This document shows positions 28,601 through 36,365 of a stretch of 64,000 nt of DNA, one piece after another. Every line of letters begins with the position of its first letter. The stretch's first letter is position 1. The translations under genes and the position numbers were made by a program. Source of the stretch: an uncultured Pirellulales bacterium (lineage in GTDB: Bacteria; Planctomycetota; Phycisphaerae; Sedimentisphaerales; Anaerohalosphaeraceae); NCBI GenBank assembly GCA_964537635.1, contig CAZICJ010000004.1:11797-75796 (forward strand), written 5' to 3'. A model generated the notes under the pieces. That model was not told where the DNA came from and did no database searches. It saw nothing but the letters and a program-made list of their open reading frames with translations.

Positions 28601-29465
28601 TCCTGTATTTGCCGAAGGCGGCTGGCCGGAATCGGGAGTATATCGTTTGCTGGCCGCGTCGCCGTGTGTTGACAAGGGCGACCCTGCACTGTCTTACAGC
28701 AATCAGATGGATATGGACGGCGAAGACCGCGTCTATGGCTATACTGCCGATATGGGGGCGGATGAGGCCTGCGCCTGCGACGGCACTTTGACGGATGATG
28801 ATATTTATAACGAATATGATTGGGATTACGATGGATTGGTCAATCTGGCGGAGTTCAATACTTTTTCCAAAGCGTGGCTGTCGCATGACCCAAATGACCC
28901 GGCGCTGACGGACCCCAATAGCCCAATGAACGACCCGAACAGTTCCTATTATGTGTCGCTGACGGACAAGGAGCGGTGGGAGCCGATGTGTGATTTTGTC
29001 ACAAGCGGCAATAGCCAATATGTGATTGATTTGGCAGATTTGATGATTTGGGTTGAAGATTCGCCGTGGCTGTGGCATGCGTGCTGGCGGATGGATATTA
29101 CAGAAATGCTTCAGCAGCAGCAAATGATGATGAGTCTGCCGGAACAGAGCCAGCAATTGATGACACAGCAAATCGAGGCGATGCCGATGGAAACGCAACT
29201 TATTGAGACGCCAGTAGAGGCCGTTCCGATGGAAGCCGTTGCTGTTGCGGAAATACCAATTCCCGAAAAGTCAATTGAAGAACAGCTTGCCGATATCCAA
29301 GATGCGGCCAAATGGCTGGAAGAACTCTGGCTAAGTGAGCCGGAACTTCAGAGTGAAATAGACTCCGCATCGTGGAAAGAATTTATGAATGCAGTGTATG
29401 AAAATATGGAAGAACTGGAAAACTTAAACGCTCAAACCTTATCTGAATCGGAGGAATTACAATGA
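25635..29465 (+). CDS. Large secreted multidomain protein (DUF11, cohesin-like insert, right-handed beta-helix, choice-of-anchor-Q-like, dockerin-like EF hands)
   Basis: Signal peptide; LSLTKT..YTLTYTN..LTDTLPAGV; IYVD..A.G.GSGTSWANAYTDLQKAL; SPCVDKGD..DMDGEDR..DMGADE; DWDYDGLVNLAEF. Confidence 0.75.
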   Translation: MDWRRQAAGVFLFLAGLAYSATLPTSIKVLIGDTQAQGAKTAFWGRLDAAGYSDDGFYYGPSPSHPVSGYHELLSGEWGAAVYYDGIHTTWIDPVNPNKGKKAMWLTNLFEYPNWYTNSDFVVSSDPAKQPRSWADPNGNPAPQNDTAISYIDNGTMEVRIDYEVVDLEFRDPNYYLCRSPMVFLDKERRCSGVLPSDRYILLQTYTLRNITAEPLTDVEFYQFLHSHGADEYGPAVNSTYTELALDDPLAYYTPYNPIHETGNFRYDITQWNTYPHSNSYHSTHRDFVGFSCAQKPDWIDTDVYEGGHSYDEYKPPRGSHIHVESRKLNGVKYIYDSEVGGAMGWNIGTLDPNETESVTVAFMFGYGEPTYHTGLSLTKTVDPNYSQVDLNYEMAYTLTYTNDSSSALTNCILTDTLPAGVDFVEEIIPQASPQPGIALGIADVNDLDEITLNVGQSVRLYVDKETLTEDIYAFSIEANMADPNLGSIDNAEYDPNNPTSAQILASPRTDSFDYFGPGQTQAEGIILSGASLGNVMNDGNLASFVYTATQAGHAHLTLVNYDEALTAQLSEMVIHQIDPNDPNSLPAEPNEPVQPAPPDCPRPSNLAAGVYDEALHTITWDIGTIAANSCGSVSFRVKVNEKSEPGGTLHNEAVLSCDSGLALATLDTSVACRDGIIYVDRSADGAGSGTSWANAYTDLQKALTRAAGGCGEEIWAARGLYSPGMQVTDSFVLPAGVSVYGGFVGWETSLEQREIAANPTILSGLISQDDEGYTTRNITVVMMGNHSLLDGVTVKESGGTLASPGRGIYGQNVDFMVSNCIIKDNLQYGIRADNGNVSAKWCTISDNGYDGIYYFGNNSKALSIENCRIFGNGQHGINTRNASTSILNSILSSNGSDNSGTYYGVYVFYPSASPVLKNCSVVDNIHEGCYFVGLGTRYPSIRNCILWGNKDNGQQLEGYRTAYYSCIYDPNYPNQTTPDGTYHNISCNPVFAEGGWPESGVYRLLAASPCVDKGDPALSYSNQMDMDGEDRVYGYTADMGADEACACDGTLTDDDIYNEYDWDYDGLVNLAEFNTFSKAWLSHDPNDPALTDPNSPMNDPNSSYYVSLTDKERWEPMCDFVTSGNSQYVIDLADLMIWVEDSPWLWHACWRMDITEMLQQQQMMMSLPEQSQQLMTQQIEAMPMETQLIETPVEAVPMEAVAVAEIPIPEKSIEEQLADIQDAAKWLEELWLSEPELQSEIDSASWKEFMNAVYENMEELENLNAQTLSESEELQ

Positions 29466-30100
29466 AAAAGATACAGTTGCTGATGTTGATTTTATCCGCC
29501 CCCATTTGGGCAGGCTATACTTACACGATTACGGATGGGATGGATTTTGGCGCGTTGACACTCACAGGTACGCAATCTCTTTTGATGACAGGGGGGGGGG
29601 GTATTTTATTAGATGTATATTTTAATAGCTACGCAAGAATAGAACGAACAGCCCCTTATAATCAACAGATATATCCGAGTGGTGGGATAGAGCGGCTTAG
29701 TGTTGACGATCATGCCCATCTGGATTTTGCTGGGGGTGAAGTCTATCAAATTGGCGTAGGGAACTATGCTACGGCGACCATCAGCGGCGGGAAAATAACT
29801 CGCCTGGCTACCGCACAAACAGCATGGAAATGGGTTGGAGAACGCGACGGCCACTGGGAACCTAATCCCCATGTGGAAATCATCTGTCGCGAATATGCTT
29901 ATAATACCACAACCAAAAAACTGACGGGTCTTTGGAATTCGGATGCTGACAACAATCGATTATACGACCCGTTCAATATCCAGCTTGTCGATGTTGCCGG
30001 CTATTCCCCCACGATTGACAATATCAAGTTTACAATTATACCGGAGCCGATGACGCTTGCCCTGCTTGCATTGGGCGGTGTTTTGATTCGCAAAAAATGA
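29462..30100 (+). CDS. PEP-CTERM sorting-domain protein
   Basis: Signal peptide; C-terminal IPEPMTLALLALGGVLIRKK; ATGA overlap with upstream gene. Confidence 0.92.
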   Translation: MKKIQLLMLILSAPIWAGYTYTITDGMDFGALTLTGTQSLLMTGGGGILLDVYFNSYARIERTAPYNQQIYPSGGIERLSVDDHAHLDFAGGEVYQIGVGNYATATISGGKITRLATAQTAWKWVGERDGHWEPNPHVEIICREYAYNTTTKKLTGLWNSDADNNRLYDPFNIQLVDVAGYSPTIDNIKFTIIPEPMTLALLALGGVLIRKK

Positions 30101-30126
30101 GATACTGTAATACCAAAACAAAACCG

Positions 30127-30155
30127 GGCGGGGTGAAATTCCCCGCCTTATTTTT
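30127..30155 (+). terminator. Rho-independent terminator
   Basis: ggcgggg/ccccgcc stem plus T-rich tail. Confidence 0.7.
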
Positions 30156-30243
30156 ACTCACCTATCTGGACACGCACCTTTTACAAAATAAATCTGGATG
30201 ATTTTGAAAACAACCGCAAAAATATCGGGGGGTGAGTATATTT

Positions 30244-31629
30244 ATGACAGCCAGTAAGCCAACGGCGCGGCAGGTAGCCACTTCGGCGCTGTCGCAGGCG
30301 GATATCCAAAAGCACGATGCCGCACTGCGTCTGAGCCGGCTCATCTGCCAGACCGACCAGCGGGGACGGGCGACCGATTTGGTCTTTGGCGTTATACGAA
30401 ATCGGGACATTCTGGATAGTGTATTAAAGCAAATCGGCAATGTCCATAAAGACCGTACCGACAAGCGGATTATGACCATCCTGCAAATTGCCGCATACGA
30501 ACTGATTTATGTCCCCGCGACGCCGGACTATGCGATTGTCAATGAAGCGGTGGAAATGGCCGCCCGTGTCTCTAAAAAGGCCGCCGGCTTTGTCAATGCG
30601 GTACTGCGAAATTTCGGGCGGGCAATTATCAATCGAAGCGCATCGTTAGCCGATTGGCCGAACCGCCGCACCATCCCCGCCGACACATCCACCGGCTGCC
30701 AAATGAATTATGATATTTTTCCCGATATCCAACGCAATCAGGCGCAATTTGTGGCCGAAGCTTTTTGCCTGCCCGTCTGGCTGATACAGGAGTGGCTGGA
30801 TGACTATGGAAATGACAAGACATTGTCTATCTGCTTTGCCTGCAATCGCCATCCGAGCGTGGTTATCTGGCCGAACCTGCTCAAGACCACCGCAAGCCAA
30901 CTACATGATAATCTGGGCAAACAGGATAAACTGGGTATTGTTTTGTCTCCTGATGGACAATCGCTCAAGTTGAACTATTCTGGCGATATTTCGCAGCTTG
31001 ACGCATTTCGGGAAGGGTTATTTTTTGTGCAGGATGTGTCATCCGCATCGGCAATCTCGCTGTTGCCGGTCGATAAGGGGATGAAGATTCTGGACTTATG
31101 TTCGGCGCCCGGCACCAAGACCGCCTGTCTTGCCGGCCGGCTGGATAACACTGGGACGATTTATGCCGCAGACGCCGACAAAGCTCGTCTTGACAAGGTG
31201 CTGCAAAATTGCAGTAGATTGGGCATCAAGAATGTCGTAATTATCGAACCGGATGGCTTACATCCGTTTTTGTCGAACCATACGCAGATGGATGCGGTGA
31301 TTTGCGATGTGCCTTGTTCCAATACAGGCGTATTGGCACGGCGCGTCGAGGTGCGACACCGACTCACAACGCAATCCATCCTGTCGCTGACACAAACGCA
31401 GCGGTCGATTTTACAGCAGGCACAGGCGGTATGCCGGCCGGGAGGATATATCCTCTATTCCACATGCAGCATTCAGCGCAGCGAAAATCAGCAAATCATC
31501 CGCTGGTTTCTTGAGCAGTACCCATCCATGCGACTTGTGAAAGAACAAATCACACTTCCTGCCGTCGAAACGCCATACAGCTTTGACCACGACGGCGGAT
31601 ATGCAGCGCTGCTGCAAAAACAGGAGTAA
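30244..31629 (+). CDS. rsmB: 16S rRNA m5C967 methyltransferase (NusB + RsmB/Sun)
   Basis: NusB-like YAIVNEAVE...GFVNAVLR; DLCSAPGTK, DVPCSNTG, YSTCSI. Confidence 0.9.
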   Translation: MTASKPTARQVATSALSQADIQKHDAALRLSRLICQTDQRGRATDLVFGVIRNRDILDSVLKQIGNVHKDRTDKRIMTILQIAAYELIYVPATPDYAIVNEAVEMAARVSKKAAGFVNAVLRNFGRAIINRSASLADWPNRRTIPADTSTGCQMNYDIFPDIQRNQAQFVAEAFCLPVWLIQEWLDDYGNDKTLSICFACNRHPSVVIWPNLLKTTASQLHDNLGKQDKLGIVLSPDGQSLKLNYSGDISQLDAFREGLFFVQDVSSASAISLLPVDKGMKILDLCSAPGTKTACLAGRLDNTGTIYAADADKARLDKVLQNCSRLGIKNVVIIEPDGLHPFLSNHTQMDAVICDVPCSNTGVLARRVEVRHRLTTQSILSLTQTQRSILQQAQAVCRPGGYILYSTCSIQRSENQQIIRWFLEQYPSMRLVKEQITLPAVETPYSFDHDGGYAALLQKQE

Positions 31630-31640
31630 AATTACAACCA

Positions 31641-31750
31641 GTATCCACAGGTTATCCACAATCAGGGTTTGTGATGTGCAAATCGTGTGAAAAACAATTT
31701 TTTTTTTAACATAACTATCTTCTTTTTCAAGGGCTGTCGGATGTGGAAAA
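31641..31750. promoter_or_regulatory. DnaA-box cluster with AT-rich tract upstream of dnaA (candidate oriC / autoregulatory site)
   Basis: TTATCCACA 31652-31660, GTATCCACA 31641-31649, TTTTCCACA (minus strand) 31742-31750; A/T run around 31690-31720. Confidence 0.65.
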
Positions 31751-31769
31751 GAATTTATAAAAATGGCTG

Positions 31770-31798
31770 TTGCAAGCGGGTCGTTTGGCTCTTATGAT
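31770..31798 (+). promoter_or_regulatory. Putative sigma70 promoter of dnaA
   Basis: TTGCAA-17 bp-TATGAT. Confidence 0.55.
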
Positions 31799-31875
31799 TT
31801 GCCCGATGAACATTATAATTTGACATTGATGCAAGAGACCACAACACGAATTGACTGCAGATAGCGGAGAACATT

Positions 31876-33255
31876 GTGCAGGCGACTTTCAAGGACGAAG
31901 TTAGAGCGATTCAGGCTCATATTGCCGAACATATCGGCCAGAGTAAATATGATGTGTGGTTCAAACACGGCACACAGTTTACGCTGACTGAAGAGTTTCT
32001 GGATGTCGCCGCGGCCAGCAGTTTTGTCGTCAATTGGATAGAAGGGCATTTTTCCAAACAAATTGCAGCCGCCGTTCGCAGTATCGCCGGAACAGACCGG
32101 CCCGTGCGTTTTTCCGTGGATGCCTCGCTGACGCCGACGGTCGCTCCCGAGTCCGGCCATCGCGCGCCGCGCGCGGCGGCAGGCCCTTCGGCCAGAGCAG
32201 AATTTACACCGCCGCTGAAGTTAACGCTGGACACCTTTATCGTCGGCGCCAAAAACCAACTGGCGTTTAATGCCGCCCAGACCGTAATCACCGAAGACCA
32301 TAGCCCGTTTAATCCGCTGTTTTATCACGGCGGCTACGGCGTCGGCAAAACGCACCTGCTGCAGGGCATCTGCAATACCTTTGCTAAAAAGCGGACGCAT
32401 CGCCGCTGGCTGTATGTCTCGGCAGAAGATTTCGCCAATCAATATGTGTTGGCGCTCAAGACCCGCAAGCTGGATGTATTTCGCAGCCGGCTTCGCAATC
32501 TGGATTTGCTGGCCATTGACGACATTCATTTTCTGGCAAACAAAAACGCGATGCAGGAAGAATTTCTCCATACATTCAACAGCATCGACCTGGCGGGCAA
32601 ACAGATTGTTCTGGCTTCCGACGCGCACCCCAAAATGATTGGGCAATTGACCGACAAATTAGTCAGCCGGTTTGTGTCGGGCATGGTGATCAAAATTGAC
32701 TCGCCCGATTTTGAGACGCGATGCAGGATTTGCGAACAGAAGGCGTCCGTGATGAAGCACAAACTCGCCAAAGATATCGTCGAATTTATCGCAGAGCATG
32801 TCCCTAATAATGTTCGCGAACTGGAAGGCGCCCTGCTCAAAGTCGTCGCCTATGCCTCTGTCAGCCATCAAAAAGTAACCCTGTCGGCAGTCAAGCAGCT
32901 TTTATCCGAACATGTGATGCGTGCCGACCCGGTCGTTCACAGTTCCGGCATTGTTTCAGCCGTGGCGCAGTATTTCAATGTCAGCCCCGCCGATATTCAT
33001 TCAGCCAAAAAAGACCGCTCGATTACTCTGGCGCGATCATTCTGTATGTATCTGTCGCGGCGGCTGACGCGGATGTCCTTTCCGGAAATCGGCAAGACAC
33101 TGGGCGGCAAAAATCACGCCACCGTCATTATGGCCTGCCGCAAGGTGGAAGAATCACTGCAAGCCAATCAGCAGCTCAGTTGGAAAGAAAACGGCGGATA
33201 CCGCAACGCTCCGGCCAAAGATGTGCTTCAGGAACTCATGGAGCAGATTTCCTGA
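31876..33255 (+). CDS. dnaA: Chromosomal replication initiator DnaA
   Basis: NPLFYHGGYGVGKTHLL, LLAIDDIHFL, QEEFLHTFN, NVRELEGAL, SFPEIGKTLGGKNHATVI; GTG start. Confidence 0.95.
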   Translation: MQATFKDEVRAIQAHIAEHIGQSKYDVWFKHGTQFTLTEEFLDVAAASSFVVNWIEGHFSKQIAAAVRSIAGTDRPVRFSVDASLTPTVAPESGHRAPRAAAGPSARAEFTPPLKLTLDTFIVGAKNQLAFNAAQTVITEDHSPFNPLFYHGGYGVGKTHLLQGICNTFAKKRTHRRWLYVSAEDFANQYVLALKTRKLDVFRSRLRNLDLLAIDDIHFLANKNAMQEEFLHTFNSIDLAGKQIVLASDAHPKMIGQLTDKLVSRFVSGMVIKIDSPDFETRCRICEQKASVMKHKLAKDIVEFIAEHVPNNVRELEGALLKVVAYASVSHQKVTLSAVKQLLSEHVMRADPVVHSSGIVSAVAQYFNVSPADIHSAKKDRSITLARSFCMYLSRRLTRMSFPEIGKTLGGKNHATVIMACRKVEESLQANQQLSWKENGGYRNAPAKDVLQELMEQIS

Positions 33256-33331
33256 CAGCCAAAACCGCGCCGATAAAACGATACCAACGCTCATTTTCCA
33301 TAGTGGATTTGACCCAATAAAGGAATCATAA

Positions 33332-33985
33332 GTGATGACCTTTCTGCAAACAAATAAAGTTCGAAATGCGGGAATCATTCTGGTTTCCTGCATTTGCGGC
33401 TGGATTATGATGGGACTGGAAATACTCGGCGTTCGGATGCTGACCCCCTATTTCGGCAGCGCTATTTATGTCGTTACCGGAAGTGTCATCGGTGTTTTTC
33501 TCCTGAGCCTGTCCATCGGCTATATGCTGGGCGGCTGGCTTTCGAATAAAACGGATTGCCGCCGGATGCTGGGCTTGATTAACACCGTTGCCGGCGTTTG
33601 GTTGTGCGCACAGCCTTTTTTTAATGATCCTGTCTGCGATACGGTTTTCAATTTCGGGCTGGATGAAAAATGGGGTTCTCTATTGGCCTCACTGGTATTG
33701 TTCGGCGCCCCGACGATCCTGCTGGGTATGGTTTCCCCAACGGTGGTGCACTGGCTGACAAGCCAGGCGTGCGATTCCGGATTCAATGCCGGTATGGTGC
33801 TTGCCGCTTCCACCGTGTCCAGCTTTGCCGGCTGTGTCATTACGGCGTTTTACTTGGTACTGTATTCCCTGCGGTGGACCGTCTGCATTTTCGGCGTCGT
33901 TCTGGCCGTGCAGGGTATTGTGATTTTGCTGTTGGCACAGCGGCCAGCGGCGGTCCTGCCACTATCTGCTTCAAAGGAAAAATAA
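33332..33985 (+). CDS. Membrane (MFS-like) module of the fused MFS/spermidine synthase family, stand-alone
   Basis: MGLEILGVRMLTPYFGS...SVIGVFLLSLSIGYMLGG; ASTVSSFAG. Confidence 0.8.
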   Translation: MMTFLQTNKVRNAGIILVSCICGWIMMGLEILGVRMLTPYFGSAIYVVTGSVIGVFLLSLSIGYMLGGWLSNKTDCRRMLGLINTVAGVWLCAQPFFNDPVCDTVFNFGLDEKWGSLLASLVLFGAPTILLGMVSPTVVHWLTSQACDSGFNAGMVLAASTVSSFAGCVITAFYLVLYSLRWTVCIFGVVLAVQGIVILLLAQRPAAVLPLSASKEK

Positions 33986-33986
33986 T

Positions 33987-34931
33987 ATGAAAAAGAAAAC
34001 GGCTGTCTTATTGCTAATCTGTGTAAGCGGGCTGACAGCGTTGAGCGTATGGTCTGCCAGCGTCACGGCGGCGACCCAGACAAACAAGGCCATTTATCAG
34101 AAAAATTCCCTTTATAACAGTATCTATGTCTATCAAGACCAATCGGTGGTAACGCTTCAATTCGGAAAACAGTACTCCAATCATGTCCAAAGCCGGGTGG
34201 ATATGGATAACCTGCATGAGCATATGCTGGAATACTCAAAGATGACTTTTTGCGGACTGTTTTACCAGCCTAAGCCCAAAAAACTGCTTGTCTTGGGACT
34301 TGGCGGTGGCGTCATTCCGCGAGAAATGCGCCGGTGTTTACCCGAATTGGAAATCGATGTAGCGGAAATTGACCCGGATATTCCGTCGGTAGCTGAAAAA
34401 TTTCTCGGGTTCAAGGAAGATGAAAAACTCAAAGTCTATGTGGATGATGGGCGGATGTTTATCAAAAAGCAGCTCCGCCGACAGCCGGCCGTGCAATATG
34501 ACATTATTATCCTGGACGCCTTCAACGGCGACTACATCCCATTTCATTTGATGACTAAGGAGTTTCTGGAGGAAGTCAAAGGGGTGCTGGCGCCGGATGG
34601 GGTGGTGGTTGCCAATGTCTTTTTCACCAATCGGCTTTTTGACGCGGAACTCAAGACCTTTATCTCGGTGTTTGGCCGCAGTCAGGCATATTTTGGCGTC
34701 TATTCCGGCAACGCCATGCTGGTATCCCCCAACTCTGGCGGACGGATTCTGACTGTGCAAGAAGCGACAGAACAGGCAGAACAATTGCAGAAAAAGCTTC
34801 CGATTACATTCGATATGCGGCACATTGCGGCGATGCTGCGCCCAGATACGCAGCCCGAATCCAATGCCAAAATACTCACCGACGATCTGGCGCCGGTCAA
34901 CTGGCTGCGGCAGCAGAAAACAACCAAATAA
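33987..34931 (+). CDS. Spermidine-synthase-like SAM-dependent transferase with signal peptide
   Basis: LVLGLGGG, EIDPD, DDGRMF, DIIILDAF, GVVVAN, ILTDDLAP; hydrophobic N-terminal leader. Confidence 0.82.
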   Translation: MKKKTAVLLLICVSGLTALSVWSASVTAATQTNKAIYQKNSLYNSIYVYQDQSVVTLQFGKQYSNHVQSRVDMDNLHEHMLEYSKMTFCGLFYQPKPKKLLVLGLGGGVIPREMRRCLPELEIDVAEIDPDIPSVAEKFLGFKEDEKLKVYVDDGRMFIKKQLRRQPAVQYDIIILDAFNGDYIPFHLMTKEFLEEVKGVLAPDGVVVANVFFTNRLFDAELKTFISVFGRSQAYFGVYSGNAMLVSPNSGGRILTVQEATEQAEQLQKKLPITFDMRHIAAMLRPDTQPESNAKILTDDLAPVNWLRQQKTTK

Positions 34932-34947
34932 TTTCTGGAAAGACTCT

Positions 34948-36360
34948 ATGTGTTCTATCTTCGTCTATGCCCAACGGAGAATCTTTCAAATCCTGTTATT
35001 GCAAGCGCTCGCTTTAATCCTTATGGTAACCGGTTGCGTCCGTCCGGTCGTCTATCCGCGGCTGGACATCAACAGCGACAACCAAATGAACGATGCTGAC
35101 TGGATTGACCGCCAAAATCCTGCACCGTGCCAATTTAGCCCGCTCAACCCTGTCGATACAGACGGCGACGGTATTTTCGATGGGCCGACAGACCCGGTTC
35201 TTTATCAGAAAGCCCGCCGTGCCAAGGCAATTTGGTCAAGGCATACAACGCACTTTATTCTGCGAATCGACTCACTGAGTCGATCATTTCAGAATGAGTT
35301 CACTCAACTGATGACGGATGCGGCGATTTTGAGTCCGCCAGACTGGGATATCCGCAAGCTTGAAAGTTATAACGGCATCGGCGATGCTCCCGCCTGGCCG
35401 CGGTATCAGGTCGAACCCAATTTGCCCGGCGGCAAAAACACCCCGATTTCGCTGGTCGTGATTCCCAAAAAGATATGGGATGCATTCGGCGACCCCGACC
35501 CAATCGCCTGGATTAACAATCGCATTGAGAACCCCAATTTGGAAATTGTTCAGCATGGTTATACCCATGCCAATACGCTGCCCCGTTCGGACTGGGCAAA
35601 AAAACGGGACCGCAACTGGTATGCCTGCGAGACCTGCGGCTACGGCGACTGGGAAATAGCTGCGTATCTGGGCGTCGGCAAGCAGATATTACTGGGCGAT
35701 TACGCCAATACCTGGATTCGTCAGGCCGGCGCCGACCCCAATCTGTCGCCGCGGATTGACTGGGCAAAAGCCGCCAATCCGCTGCTGGGCTACGCACCGC
35801 CGTTTAACGCATTTGATACCAATACCGTTTCCGGGCTGGCATGCAATGGCATGCTGGTTATTTCGGCAAGCGTCTTTGAGGAAAACAGCCGGATTTTCAG
35901 CCCCAACGGCTCATTCAAGGAACGATTCGATGCATTTGGCATCTTTCATGCGCCGGCGGATTATCAGGTTAATCCCGTGATTCCCGAAGGGCTTGGTTCG
36001 TTCGAGGAGTATCTGGCGTCGATAACCCGCTTTGGCGGTTTGAATGTCTGGCTGATTGAAGAAGTCGAGTGGTCCAGCCGATTCTGCAACGATCTGCCGC
36101 GGCTGGAGCGGTGCGACTGGAATCCCGACGCCGATGTCAACCGCGAGAACAATATGGTCGATATGGTTCGCTGGCAGCGGTGGATGACGCTGCTGGACTA
36201 TGTCAATGCCTATGGTCAGCCGATGACGCTGGGCGATTATGCCCTGGCGATGGCGTTTGACAATGCCCCAACCGTCTATAATCCAGACCAGGCCGATAGC
36301 GACCACGACGGCATTGGCGATGTCGTTGATGAAAACCCCCTCCAGCCGGATGATGACTAA
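34948..36360 (+). CDS. Putative lipoprotein with DUF2334/NodB-like deacetylase domain and Ca-binding (EF-hand/TSP3-like) repeats
   Basis: LILMVTGC lipobox-like; LEIVQHGYTH; DINSDNQMNDAD, DTDGDG, ADSDHDGIGDV. Confidence 0.55.
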   Translation: MCSIFVYAQRRIFQILLLQALALILMVTGCVRPVVYPRLDINSDNQMNDADWIDRQNPAPCQFSPLNPVDTDGDGIFDGPTDPVLYQKARRAKAIWSRHTTHFILRIDSLSRSFQNEFTQLMTDAAILSPPDWDIRKLESYNGIGDAPAWPRYQVEPNLPGGKNTPISLVVIPKKIWDAFGDPDPIAWINNRIENPNLEIVQHGYTHANTLPRSDWAKKRDRNWYACETCGYGDWEIAAYLGVGKQILLGDYANTWIRQAGADPNLSPRIDWAKAANPLLGYAPPFNAFDTNTVSGLACNGMLVISASVFEENSRIFSPNGSFKERFDAFGIFHAPADYQVNPVIPEGLGSFEEYLASITRFGGLNVWLIEEVEWSSRFCNDLPRLERCDWNPDADVNRENNMVDMVRWQRWMTLLDYVNAYGQPMTLGDYALAMAFDNAPTVYNPDQADSDHDGIGDVVDENPLQPDDD

Positions 36361-36365
36361 ATCGG

